IMG/VR virus record: IMGVR_UViG_3300025168_000086
Location: 1 to 61,750 of that record
Length of the DNA stretch: 61,750 bases
DNA from: a virus
Taxonomy: Duplodnaviria > Caudoviricetes
Reading direction: 5' to 3' (one strand)
Shown: positions 9,700-20,233 of the stretch, in pieces
How positions within the stretch are numbered: the first letter of the stretch is position 1
Layout of the letters: the number at the start of each line of letters is the position of its first letter
Program-made: the position numbers and the translations under genes
Notes under the pieces: model-generated
Database searches by the model: none
The model's input: the letters and a program-made list of their open reading frames with translations, nothing else
What the model was told of the DNA's origin: nothing

Positions 9700-12600
9700 A
9701 TGTCAACACAAAGAAATTGTTGCTGCGATAGCGTAAGACCAGATGTCCCAAAACAAGCTGCCTGTTTGGGTGGTGATAAATTTTTCGTTCGTCAAGGTGA
9801 TGTACCACACTCCGAGAATAATCCCAGTAGATATTATCCACCGAACTATGGAACACCCTCCAATCTTTCAGATCCTAACGATATGAAAACAAACAACGGA
9901 AACTCGTGTATGTTATGCACGAATACTTTAGTTCAGAAAAATTCTAACTTTCCATTTTCACTCTGGGGAACAATGGTCGTCATACCAGGCGGTGCGTTGG
10001 GGTTACAAGATCCAACCGATGACAGCGTTGGTGATGCTCCTCGCATCAAAGGTGATCACCTAGCAGCACTTGATCTATATTATGGGGCACTTCCACCTAG
10101 TGAAAATGAAAGACTCAACCTGCGAGAAGGTCTACTAGATCCAATTCACTCAACATATAATTTCAATAGAGTTATCTCCCTAAACCCATCGGACGCAGAA
10201 AACCCAACAATTGACTTCCCAATTCAAGAAGATCAATTGCCGTTTAAAAATTCATACCTGAAAAAACTTGAACAGTATAAACAGCAAAAAAGATATCACG
10301 TATTTAATGTCAAAAAGAAAAAGAGAAAACTAAAACTCAATAAATCATTTGGCATGAGCCTTAAGCTTCGAGTACCATACTTCACAGCAGACAAAGAAGA
10401 TCAACTTCACGTAGGTGTAAAATCCGACTATGCAGTATTAGATTATCTTGATCACAACAACAGTCTTATTTTTCTTTTCAAATCAAAAGAAAAAAGAGAC
10501 GAATTTGCATTGACAACAGATTATATTGATATAAGATGTATTGACTCGGATAGATCACAATATCGATCGAGAGAGTTATCTCCTGTCATGTTCAAAGATA
10601 CTGTACATGGTATGATGGTGAGGTTTAATGGTAAACAAGACGGTAGCCCTCAAAATGAAAGAGAAATAACCAAAACAACCACAAATGAACGGCTACAAAT
10701 TGTGTTGTGGGGATATGAAGGAAATTCAGATCCCGATATCCCCGTTAATATTATCGGTGCCGAAATATATGTAAATCGTTCAGCGTTATTGAAAGAGACT
10801 CCTCCAATAACAAACGAATTAATTGAAATTATCAATCCTGATTGGACAGAGCAAATTAATAAAATTGCCGATAATTTTGAAGATGATGATATACCCGATG
10901 AACGAGTTTCTGTTGGAGATGGTGGAACACCCGGCACCGAAGCTGCCTGGCTATGTTGCTGTAATGGCGACGAAGCATGTGGTAAATTTGTTCCAAGCAG
11001 CCCGGGATGTTTACAGGGAGGTAATCAGACGCAGGAAGAAAGAGAAGAATGCTGTAAAAATGTAACACCCTCTGTTGGTCAAGGTGGTAACCCAGTCGGT
11101 GGTGGTAATGCACCATGCGTACCAATATTGGCACTCGATACTTGCCCATATCGAATATGTTGCGATTTCAATTACGACAGTCAGACTATTATATGTGATT
11201 GTATTAATACAGATACCGATACTTGCGATGGAAGTTTAAGTCTTAATAGGGCATGTGGTAAATGTGGTTCTGAAATAACTGGTGCGTGTTGTTTACCAGA
11301 CGGAAGTTGTGAGGAAAAAACAGCGGACGAATGTGCCGCTGTTGGTGGAACCTTATTCGAGGGAACATGTGCAGAACTCGAAGCAAGTGGTGATTGTGTG
11401 CAAATGGGGGCTTGTTGTTTCTGTGATGGTACATGTACTGACAACACAACACAACAAGTATGTGAAGACAATAACGGAACTTTCAGTAGTGGAGAGAGTT
11501 GCGCTGGTCTCAACTCAGATCCTACAACTGCATGTATAGCCATAGGTGCCTGCTGTGTAAAACGGAATGATGGTGTATCAAATTCATGTTCACAAGATAC
11601 GACTGAACAAGCCTGTGATGCGCTGGCCGCGAATGATCCGGGGGTGGAGGATACATCATGGAATAAGTGTGGTCTCTGCCCTGGCTCCAGTGGTGGGGAC
11701 GGTGACATAGTAGATTGCGAAGGAGACGGTAATGTCGGTGAACCCGATCCCGGTGGTGGTGTCGGTACAAACACGGAGAACTCCGGAGTTGGCTCATTCA
11801 ACCAGACGGAATCTGCTGAATCGACTAACACGACTAACACGACTAACTCGGGTGATGGAACCGATGGAACCATTGACATTGGTGATACGAACGACTCCAG
11901 TGATCCTGTTCTAGATGTTGATCCCGCTGATGACGGGACTCCGTGGCCAAATGATGAAAGTTTCGATTCGACGCACAACCAGTTTGAAACTGGCGTACCC
12001 GACAATAGTGGCGTACCCGACAATAGTGGCGATGACGGTGGAGTCGATGTCGATGTTTCCGGTGGTTCCAATGCTTATTATATGAACATAAAGACTACTT
12101 ACCAAGAGGGTCAACCAATCTACACAATGTTCCACCACATCGTAGATTATTGGTACTTTGATTGGGGAAGATCTCTCCATGGTGAAGGTCCTGATCTGTC
12201 CACACCCGAAGGTTTCTATGGAATTGGCAAGGGTAAATCACAGTACGGACAGGACCATATATTCACTCCTCAGATTGATCATGATCATTTTGTGCCTGGT
12301 TGGAGTGAAAATGTACCATTTAAATATCCGGGGGCGCCGAATTTTGGGCCAGGTCAAATGGTACCGAAATTTGATGGTCCAAGTGCATTATATGGCATTG
12401 ACGATCAGCTTGATGGTCAAACAGATCAGAATGGAATATTTAATCCAGTAGATTCTGTAGACATAAGCCGTGAGGATTACCTCAGTTGTAGATTCGGTAT
12501 ATCAAATGTAGATTTAATTTGTCATCCAAACAAAGATCGCGGAATGGATGCTAGAAGTGTATGGTCAAACTCTGGTAATAATCCGATCAATGAATGGGGA

Positions 12601-15600
12601 AATGCTAATCTTGGAGAAGCTTCGATACCCCTACCCGGTGGTCAGCAACCAACCACAACGATACCCGACTTGTTGCGCTCGGCATCGTCAGCCAACAACA
12701 GCGGATGTTCGCCATTCTCGCGTTGTCCACACACCTTACACACAAATTTGTCTGGGTATTATGGTCACCCTGCTGAGGGGGTCGCGGAAAATGGGACGTT
12801 TGATGTTCCCGCTAATCAGGGAGGAAGTAATGCTTATACCATGTGGAATCCGGGCCCGGCGACCGCCAACCAGCGAAAATGGGCTTTTGAAACTAGATGG
12901 TTGTGGCAAGGCAATGGAATACATTCTATATGTCCAAAACAGAGTAACTGTCTAGCCCAAGGCGCACCGTATAACAAAACTCCATATCAATCTAGCACGA
13001 ACGCGAGTACCTATGGCACACGAGGAAAAAGTGGGCTGAGTGATTGGCAAGTAACTACCATGGCAGCAGATCAAGACAGTAGATGGCTTCTTGACATTAT
13101 GTCATACGCTGATGCTAAACCGGTATTCTGGAGTCCATTCCACAATAAAAAAGCAAATCTGTATGATTGCCTCGTAGGTGTCATGCATAAAATGCGTGTA
13201 TTTGTACGTGGAGATTTCTGGACAGAATCACTAACTGGTCCATTCCAAACTTGCCCAGATGATCCATTTGGTGTTTGTTTTGAGGGTGAGGGTGCGAGTT
13301 TATCCAAATTAAAACCACACACATTCTACCCACCCCTTGTAAATTCAAAAATGCAAGCATCTGCTGATGGGTGTCAAACATGTTTCTCCAATAACCAAGA
13401 TCCAACTTGCCCATATAAAGACTACACTAAGTATTGTACGACACCGAAATACTGGATTTATAAATGTGCTGGTGTACCTATATTTGACTTTGAATTATGG
13501 GGGTTGATGTTAGAAGGAAAACTAAACATAGGTGATCTAAGTATACTGAGAAAGCCACCCCACCTAAACTTTAGGTATAGTGAGAACTTGGACGAACTGG
13601 ACCGCTTGCAAGCTTTGCGTTCAATAGGTGCCGACATACAAGATATTGGTGAAAAACTTAATGATGCAGGAATCTTAGACATACGTGACTGGAGAGAAGA
13701 ACAGCGTCTAATGTATAGAACGTGGGATCAGTTCTTAGACAAGGGTCGTCCAACGTTAGATCAAGAAAATGCTGGACCATATGCTGGCTTCAATGGGGAT
13801 GGATCTAGAATACCCGGAGTAGTGTGGGGAGATGCTTGTTGTCATGTTACTGATGATGAAGGCACACGATGTGATCCTGAAATAGATAGTCGATTTGCGT
13901 GTACTGAAGACAATATGCAATGGAAGGGTAGAACAAATCTATCAGACCCCCCCATTACGGAAGATTTAAAAAGAAGTGAATTACTACCAATCAGAAAAAG
14001 ATCAGTCGTCTTTATAAAGGATGAGGATGATATTGATTTCGATCCAACAGACAAAATAGGTCTACACTACGTCACTCGGGATCAGTACGAGGATGGTTTA
14101 CGTTCACTTGCTTCTAATGGGGAAGTGGATTCATCATATTATGATCCAACGGATCTACGTGGTGCCTTTTTGGGAAGTCCCCAGAATCCGGGTCCATTTG
14201 CTCGAAATCCTGTAAAGCTTGCGGGTAAATATGGAAGTGCTACTGGAATCCAACCACTAACACCAGATCTTATCAATAAATTTACTGCTTTAGAAAGTCC
14301 AAATCTTGTTCTTTCTGGTGAAATGGGATATTACAACCCAGATCGATACAACAAAAATCCACTTCGTCAAGGTCTTTCACCAAGACAGATTGTAGATACA
14401 AATGGATATTGTGGAGGCACCACGGTCACGAACCCTGAAGACGGTGTCGTCAACCCGACTCTAGGTGCGACTGTACCCGGAACTAGAAGAAGAGAAAATG
14501 ATCCCAGATGGTTACCTTATCCCAATGAAAACGATTATTATGATATTGCAGGTGCCCTTGATAGAAATGAGACAGAGTTAGAAGCAGGGATCATTACCGA
14601 AGAGGAATACCTAGCAGAAAAAGAACGACTAGAAGAGATACTTGAAGAGCAAAAAAATCTAATACGATATTATAAAATATATCTCGCCAACAATCCAATA
14701 TATCTACATGCTAGACCTGGAGGTTGGTCTCATGTTCCGATCACCCGACCAACCGAATTTGGTCTTATTGGATCAATACAACCATGGGATTTACTGAAGA
14801 AAAATAAAGGTGGTCCATACGCACTCCTTGATTTCTATGGATTTGAAAATGCTCCATGTTGGACCCACGGAGGCTCTGCCAACGGTCAGGGTGTTTTTCC
14901 CAGCGTAGCATATCCATATGGAACTCAGATGGTATATTTTCAAATTTACGAGAGTTCATTCACCGGTGTTCCAATAGTTTTACCCAGAGCAAACACCCGG
15001 AATCCTAGCGTTGGTGGTTGGAGTGATCCAAATATAGACTGCAAAGGTCCGAACTGTGGTGTAAATCCCAGTGAACCATGTCAACCACCAAACTTTGGGG
15101 CCCCATGTAATCAATGGATGGATCAACCTCAAATTGGTGTAGGTCCGGGTGGTTGCATAAATAGCTTAAGCGAAGATGGTTTGTGCAATTCATTAGTAGT
15201 CACAGGAAATAATCATGGTCTTCGAATTCGAGAGAAGGTATCATACCAAAATGGAATATGTCCACAAGAACCACTCGGATGTCAAAAGATCGTAAGAATT
15301 GATGAATACTGGAGATCATATTATCAAGAAACTCTAGTATTCCCGTTTGACTACAATTGTGTTCCCAGTGATCTACGATTATCACCGCGCCCCACAGAAG
15401 TACCAGAACCTGCTCCTGGCGGCGAATCGGACGGCGAACCGGAATTGGGAGAAGAATATAGTATACCTGATCCAGCATTTCCAGATCGAGGTGATTTTAA
15501 TGCGGAGAACATAGTTGGTTGTATAGAAAGAGTTGGAGGAATCTATGACGATTTAATTCCCAGACCAAACAACATGCAGCCGGAACACGATAAGGTTTCT

Positions 15601-18600
15601 TATGGTGCAAAACTTCGAGAAAATACTCATGTATGTGGTGATGATCCGTGTTCATGTGCCGGCTCGGGAGGTGGACATGCTCCTTGTAATCCTTCTCAAT
15701 CTTGCCCCGGGCCCGACTGCCCGTCGTTCTGTGGTTGCTGTTGTGACAGGGTTGAATGTGAAACTTGTCGGCAATGCGGTGAGGTAGATGCTAGTGGTAT
15801 TATAGAGTATGGTATAGAGACTGGTGGTCCAGATAAAGCTTTTCAGAGAGCACCACAGGGTTGGTATGTTCCTTATATTGTACAGTATAGTTGGAGTGAA
15901 ACTCCAGTATTCGATCCACCTGAATTAGAAAGCGAGGGTTGTGGTTCAGGTGGATACATATGCAAACGTATAGCAGACCCAAGTAATATAAAACCAGCCC
16001 CAGTGGTATTCGGGTGGGGCGCGAAGATAACATATTTCCCAATCCTTCAGATCGAACCAAGATTCAATAGTGGTGTGTGTAGATTATCTCGCCACTGTCC
16101 ATTTTCTATTGCAAAAAGTGGTTTCTCCTCTCTTAAATTAGATCAATCTTTGCCATATGGAAGTTCGTGGTATAGATGCGGGGATGCAATCGATGGTCCA
16201 CCAACACCCCACGATTGTTATGATGATGACAATCTCCCACCACGAGTTGATCTGGAAATTAAAACACTCAAGAGAGTAAAAACTGATGTTAATAGCAGAA
16301 CATTATTCCTAGATGAATTAGACTCTGGCAACTCAAACATAGGATATCCAAGTGCATACGTCAATCCCACCGAGGATGAAGATGCAGAAGATGTCGAATT
16401 TTACTGTTCGGTCAAACGATCAGATGAAGAATTCGAAGAAACTGGTATTGTGACCGACATACCGTTGCTACACTGGACATCTACCAGTCTCGGTGGATTT
16501 AGAGAAATTAGATTCACTAATATAATCAATCCAATGGAAAAGCATATTCGTAATGCTGCCAAAATTTTAGATCCGGAAGATGTTAGAGAGATTTATGGAT
16601 CACCCATAGGATGGAGAACATTTAAGGATTTAGAATTACACAAATCGGGATTTCCGCCAAATCAGATTGTTGGTGGTCCACCAGAATATCCCGGTTGGTC
16701 TCCACCAGAGTTACCATCCCCCGTTCCCGCCGATCAAAGAAGTGATCATGGATCACCGAATGCATCTGGTGCTCAGGACGCTTCATCACCATATAGATTC
16801 TTTGAATTAAATCACGACGAAGGTAGAAAGGTGGGTGCAATCATTCCATTCGGTGGATGGTTTGGTGGTGGTAGGTTCCTTGAGCCAGACACCTACCCTT
16901 CCAGTGAGATTCAGTTAGATCCTGATACGTCTCCACCATTCAGACCAAAAAATCTAAATGAAAAGGTACGTGGTGATTCGTATACTAGTGATGTTGCATA
17001 TATTCACTGGTATGAAGCCTTTGATAATTCCGATTTCGGAACCGATCCATGTCTACAATGTGATGCAGACGGTGAACCTGAAAATTGTTTGGTACAGCCA
17101 GGAGAAATTTGTCCAACTCCAGTTAATCCAGCCCGAGGTGTTATGGCTGGTCTACCATATTATCGCTATGATAATCAAGTGAATCCTGACGGAGGAGGAG
17201 GCGCGCCCTACGACAGAAAAAATAGAGACTTGTATGTCAACTATGGACCACCGGGATCCCTACCGGGCTATGCTAGTAACGGACGGGACGATTATATAGG
17301 AGTAAATAATCGACTAGAGGCAGGAGTTGCAGACGAAATAAATCGCGAAGATCTTGCCGATCGCGAATTTAGAAATGAGACTGTTTTAGGAACGGTGATG
17401 TTTATTTTCGATGATTTTGAAGACATGTATACCGCAGCGGTAACAAATAAAATGAGTAAAATGAGTTTACGTATTGATCCCGATTCATGCGAGACTAGTG
17501 ATTGCTCGGATTGGCCTCTTCGTGGTAGATACGAATTAACCAATCCAGCATTCATATTTGATCCAGCAGTATCTCCACCCTGCGAAGGAAGAAGCAATAT
17601 ACCACTCGTGACTTATAGTGGAAGAGGTTTGCAGGGTGATAGATACAATGATGTTGGATATTACGTCTGGGGCAATATCTTCTGTGATTCGACATCAGAT
17701 GCGTGTATTGATGATAATCAGGAAGATATTAATATCCCCGGTGAAAAATATTTTCCGAATGCCCTAGCATATGATTTGACTATGCTTCCACCCGATGCAT
17801 ACACGGATCAAGAAGATTATACCACAAATGGACCCGGCAGTAATCCTATAAGATCGGTTTCTGCACCTCATTACGATGAAAATGGTGACATGTTATATGA
17901 TTCATGTGTAGATTCACCTCACATTGAAGACGGTCAAGATGGTTGTTTTGACCCATGGTGTTCTCGGGTTGATCCAGCCGGCAACGATCTGAATTGCTCC
18001 AATGACCCTTCTGACTCTACTATATGTGAAACCGCCCCAGACGAATTTAAGGACTCATGTGCATGTGTTGGATTTAGAAATTGTCTCGAAGCATTCTATG
18101 CGAAATTGCACACGACACTTTCCAAGGATAATACAGTTAAAATTCTATTAGAGCCGCCTGCATGTGCATTATATGGTGGTGCAGATCCGGGCGGACTAAG
18201 ACCAATATGTAACTGTACTGATAATGAAGAAGAGTTAGGGCGTTGCACACAAGCTGATGATCCAAATTTACCTGCCCCCGGATCTCTAATAGATGACTAC
18301 TCAGAGACTGGATCAGGCTCACGACCAACAAGTGCCGAGTGTTGTGCAGCATTCTCATCAAATCCACTTTTTGCTTACTGCAATGATGCTAGGTTTGGTG
18401 GATGGGATCAAAATTGCTCTGACGGATTTGCGGCCTATCTAAATTCCCCTGATGTTTCTCCATACTGTACTAATCTTAGCTGTAGCACTGGCGTTGGATC
18501 TTGCTGTACCGCGCATAATACACCATTCTGTGACACACCATCATGTTGTGGAGCGGTATGTGACATTGATCCCAATTGTTGTGAGTTTGGATGGGATGAG

Positions 18601-19083
18601 ACATGTGCTGAGTGGGCGAGAAACCCAATCCTCAACGAGCCTGGTCCAAATGGTGAAGATCCACCCTGTGCATGTGAACAAGCTACTGGTGCATGTTGCC
18701 CTCCACCAATAGATGAAAATGATGGAGGAGATCCGACTCAACCACCCGTAATACCACCGTCATGCCAGGAAGGTCGGACAATTGAAGAATGTGCAGAAAA
18801 AACGTACCAATGGCAACAAGCTGGAAACGAAGGATTCTTCACATGGCAAGAAAACGCTGGATGTTGTGTTTGTAATGGAGAGTGTGACGAGCCAAGAGGA
18901 GCCTGTTGCTATGGAGACGATGGGCAATGTCAACCAGATCTTACTTTCACTGAGTGCGTTGAAAGTGGGGGTAATTATGCAGGAAACTTTACGAATTGTT
19001 TAGCGTGTGTTGACGGACCCGGTGGTGGAGTTGGACCTGGTGATGGACCCGGTGGTGCGCCTGGATTTGGTAGTGGATTTTAA
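9700..19083 (+). CDS. giant 3127-aa Cys/Gly/Pro/Asp-rich protein with GACC repeats
   Basis: Uninterrupted 9.4-kb ORF; N-terminal RNCCC; G(A/S)CC modules at 11281, 11407, 11545, 18496, 18688, 18898; no signal peptide. Confidence 0.85.
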   Translation: MSTQRNCCCDSVRPDVPKQAACLGGDKFFVRQGDVPHSENNPSRYYPPNYGTPSNLSDPNDMKTNNGNSCMLCTNTLVQKNSNFPFSLWGTMVVIPGGALGLQDPTDDSVGDAPRIKGDHLAALDLYYGALPPSENERLNLREGLLDPIHSTYNFNRVISLNPSDAENPTIDFPIQEDQLPFKNSYLKKLEQYKQQKRYHVFNVKKKKRKLKLNKSFGMSLKLRVPYFTADKEDQLHVGVKSDYAVLDYLDHNNSLIFLFKSKEKRDEFALTTDYIDIRCIDSDRSQYRSRELSPVMFKDTVHGMMVRFNGKQDGSPQNEREITKTTTNERLQIVLWGYEGNSDPDIPVNIIGAEIYVNRSALLKETPPITNELIEIINPDWTEQINKIADNFEDDDIPDERVSVGDGGTPGTEAAWLCCCNGDEACGKFVPSSPGCLQGGNQTQEEREECCKNVTPSVGQGGNPVGGGNAPCVPILALDTCPYRICCDFNYDSQTIICDCINTDTDTCDGSLSLNRACGKCGSEITGACCLPDGSCEEKTADECAAVGGTLFEGTCAELEASGDCVQMGACCFCDGTCTDNTTQQVCEDNNGTFSSGESCAGLNSDPTTACIAIGACCVKRNDGVSNSCSQDTTEQACDALAANDPGVEDTSWNKCGLCPGSSGGDGDIVDCEGDGNVGEPDPGGGVGTNTENSGVGSFNQTESAESTNTTNTTNSGDGTDGTIDIGDTNDSSDPVLDVDPADDGTPWPNDESFDSTHNQFETGVPDNSGVPDNSGDDGGVDVDVSGGSNAYYMNIKTTYQEGQPIYTMFHHIVDYWYFDWGRSLHGEGPDLSTPEGFYGIGKGKSQYGQDHIFTPQIDHDHFVPGWSENVPFKYPGAPNFGPGQMVPKFDGPSALYGIDDQLDGQTDQNGIFNPVDSVDISREDYLSCRFGISNVDLICHPNKDRGMDARSVWSNSGNNPINEWGNANLGEASIPLPGGQQPTTTIPDLLRSASSANNSGCSPFSRCPHTLHTNLSGYYGHPAEGVAENGTFDVPANQGGSNAYTMWNPGPATANQRKWAFETRWLWQGNGIHSICPKQSNCLAQGAPYNKTPYQSSTNASTYGTRGKSGLSDWQVTTMAADQDSRWLLDIMSYADAKPVFWSPFHNKKANLYDCLVGVMHKMRVFVRGDFWTESLTGPFQTCPDDPFGVCFEGEGASLSKLKPHTFYPPLVNSKMQASADGCQTCFSNNQDPTCPYKDYTKYCTTPKYWIYKCAGVPIFDFELWGLMLEGKLNIGDLSILRKPPHLNFRYSENLDELDRLQALRSIGADIQDIGEKLNDAGILDIRDWREEQRLMYRTWDQFLDKGRPTLDQENAGPYAGFNGDGSRIPGVVWGDACCHVTDDEGTRCDPEIDSRFACTEDNMQWKGRTNLSDPPITEDLKRSELLPIRKRSVVFIKDEDDIDFDPTDKIGLHYVTRDQYEDGLRSLASNGEVDSSYYDPTDLRGAFLGSPQNPGPFARNPVKLAGKYGSATGIQPLTPDLINKFTALESPNLVLSGEMGYYNPDRYNKNPLRQGLSPRQIVDTNGYCGGTTVTNPEDGVVNPTLGATVPGTRRRENDPRWLPYPNENDYYDIAGALDRNETELEAGIITEEEYLAEKERLEEILEEQKNLIRYYKIYLANNPIYLHARPGGWSHVPITRPTEFGLIGSIQPWDLLKKNKGGPYALLDFYGFENAPCWTHGGSANGQGVFPSVAYPYGTQMVYFQIYESSFTGVPIVLPRANTRNPSVGGWSDPNIDCKGPNCGVNPSEPCQPPNFGAPCNQWMDQPQIGVGPGGCINSLSEDGLCNSLVVTGNNHGLRIREKVSYQNGICPQEPLGCQKIVRIDEYWRSYYQETLVFPFDYNCVPSDLRLSPRPTEVPEPAPGGESDGEPELGEEYSIPDPAFPDRGDFNAENIVGCIERVGGIYDDLIPRPNNMQPEHDKVSYGAKLRENTHVCGDDPCSCAGSGGGHAPCNPSQSCPGPDCPSFCGCCCDRVECETCRQCGEVDASGIIEYGIETGGPDKAFQRAPQGWYVPYIVQYSWSETPVFDPPELESEGCGSGGYICKRIADPSNIKPAPVVFGWGAKITYFPILQIEPRFNSGVCRLSRHCPFSIAKSGFSSLKLDQSLPYGSSWYRCGDAIDGPPTPHDCYDDDNLPPRVDLEIKTLKRVKTDVNSRTLFLDELDSGNSNIGYPSAYVNPTEDEDAEDVEFYCSVKRSDEEFEETGIVTDIPLLHWTSTSLGGFREIRFTNIINPMEKHIRNAAKILDPEDVREIYGSPIGWRTFKDLELHKSGFPPNQIVGGPPEYPGWSPPELPSPVPADQRSDHGSPNASGAQDASSPYRFFELNHDEGRKVGAIIPFGGWFGGGRFLEPDTYPSSEIQLDPDTSPPFRPKNLNEKVRGDSYTSDVAYIHWYEAFDNSDFGTDPCLQCDADGEPENCLVQPGEICPTPVNPARGVMAGLPYYRYDNQVNPDGGGGAPYDRKNRDLYVNYGPPGSLPGYASNGRDDYIGVNNRLEAGVADEINREDLADREFRNETVLGTVMFIFDDFEDMYTAAVTNKMSKMSLRIDPDSCETSDCSDWPLRGRYELTNPAFIFDPAVSPPCEGRSNIPLVTYSGRGLQGDRYNDVGYYVWGNIFCDSTSDACIDDNQEDINIPGEKYFPNALAYDLTMLPPDAYTDQEDYTTNGPGSNPIRSVSAPHYDENGDMLYDSCVDSPHIEDGQDGCFDPWCSRVDPAGNDLNCSNDPSDSTICETAPDEFKDSCACVGFRNCLEAFYAKLHTTLSKDNTVKILLEPPACALYGGADPGGLRPICNCTDNEEELGRCTQADDPNLPAPGSLIDDYSETGSGSRPTSAECCAAFSSNPLFAYCNDARFGGWDQNCSDGFAAYLNSPDVSPYCTNLSCSTGVGSCCTAHNTPFCDTPSCCGAVCDIDPNCCEFGWDETCAEWARNPILNEPGPNGEDPPCACEQATGACCPPPIDENDGGDPTQPPVIPPSCQEGRTIEECAEKTYQWQQAGNEGFFTWQENAGCCVCNGECDEPRGACCYGDDGQCQPDLTFTECVESGGNYAGNFTNCLACVDGPGGGVGPGDGPGGAPGFGSGF
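11822..12031 (+). repeat. in-frame tandem repeats in a linker (9-bp CGACTAACA x3; 18-bp TGGCGTACCCGACAATAG x2)
   Basis: Seen directly at 11822-11847 and 11991-12031. Confidence 0.8.
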
Positions 19084-19144
19084 ACAGATAAATACTTGAG
19101 ATGATTTTAGTTTTTTTGATATATTTACCATATGGAGATTTAAA

Positions 19145-19900
19145 ATGTCTGAGACGAGACCAAAAACATACACTCTAAACAAAGAGTTTGATCTATACAG
19201 TGCATACACTAATTATGAAAGTAATTATAAAACAAACTGGCCAGAAAAAGATACTCCAGAAAAATTAGAATATCTGAAAAGACTACAAGAAGAGGGATTC
19301 AAGCCAATCCACGAAAATGCTGCTATGGAACAAACTCTCGAAGCTTTCAAAAAGAGATACGACGAACAAGTTAAAGATGGAACGTTAAACGATATCCCAA
19401 TATCGAAAGCTATATCAAAACCTATAGTTAACAAGCAAAATAGAGATAGCTCTGGTGCAGTTGTAGAAAAAAATCCAATAAAACAACAGATAAACATACA
19501 AAAACCAAAACAACAAGTCAAACAACCGGAAGTTATGACAAAGGAAGAACAGAAAACAAAGTTCTCTGTTAAAAACGTGGTTAATTATCTGAAAGCAGAG
19601 CAGTCCCTTGCCACACAAGGACCAGTTTCTCTTACTGTCTTCGAGGAAAGAAAAGCTATATGTGGAGAATGCCCCCACAGAAAGACTCACGAACAGATTC
19701 CAGATGAACTTGGATTCTGTACTAAGTGTGGCTGTGGTGCCAACCCACGGGCAAGACTGACAAACAAGATTAAAATGCCTCAGACTTCTTGTCCATTAGA
19801 CAAATGGGGCACATCAACGGGCATATATAAAGGTGTAGCAGGTAAACTGAAATATAAGCTAACTCCCAAGTCAAAGCGGGAAAAGTTGGATTATACATAA
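19145..19900 (+). CDS. hypothetical protein with C-terminal Cys cluster (DUF6171-like)
   Basis: ERKAICGECP...CTKCGC...SCPLDKW. Confidence 0.7.
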   Translation: MSETRPKTYTLNKEFDLYSAYTNYESNYKTNWPEKDTPEKLEYLKRLQEEGFKPIHENAAMEQTLEAFKKRYDEQVKDGTLNDIPISKAISKPIVNKQNRDSSGAVVEKNPIKQQINIQKPKQQVKQPEVMTKEEQKTKFSVKNVVNYLKAEQSLATQGPVSLTVFEERKAICGECPHRKTHEQIPDELGFCTKCGCGANPRARLTNKIKMPQTSCPLDKWGTSTGIYKGVAGKLKYKLTPKSKREKLDYT

Positions 19901-19918
19901 TATAAAAGGAGAGTCCAT

Positions 19919-20221
19919 ATGGCAGGTTATGATCAGTACAAAAGTGCAGCAGCATTACCCCAAACATTCCCGGTTACAAAAGCATCGTTCGTTGGTCCCA
20001 ACAAAGGAGTCTATATTACCTTTATTGGTGCGACCGCTGACGGAGGAAACGCTCATAATGGAGGTGCAGGAATTACCTTTACTACAGTATCAAACCAAGA
20101 AATTGGTCTTGTAGGTTTCTGCGGCGCTACAGCTTCTGCCAATCTTCCGTACATATTCCCGGTGGCGATTCGCAATTACACGAGTCTGAATACCGATAAT
20201 AAAATTTACCTTCTCCATTAG
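19919..20221 (+). CDS. small G-x-T-rich probable virion protein
   Basis: AAGGAG RBS; GAT/GIT motifs. Confidence 0.7.
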   Translation: MAGYDQYKSAAALPQTFPVTKASFVGPNKGVYITFIGATADGGNAHNGGAGITFTTVSNQEIGLVGFCGATASANLPYIFPVAIRNYTSLNTDNKIYLLH

Positions 20222-20233
20222 AGAAATTACTAA

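Noticed and set aside
11822-12031. Short tandem repeats as CRISPR or DGR elements
   Set aside because: In-frame 9- and 18-bp duplications without spacers; no reverse transcriptase or TR/VR pair seen
11181-12071. 296-aa antisense ORF within the giant gene
   Set aside because: Shadow of a low-complexity GC-richer linker; no expression signals
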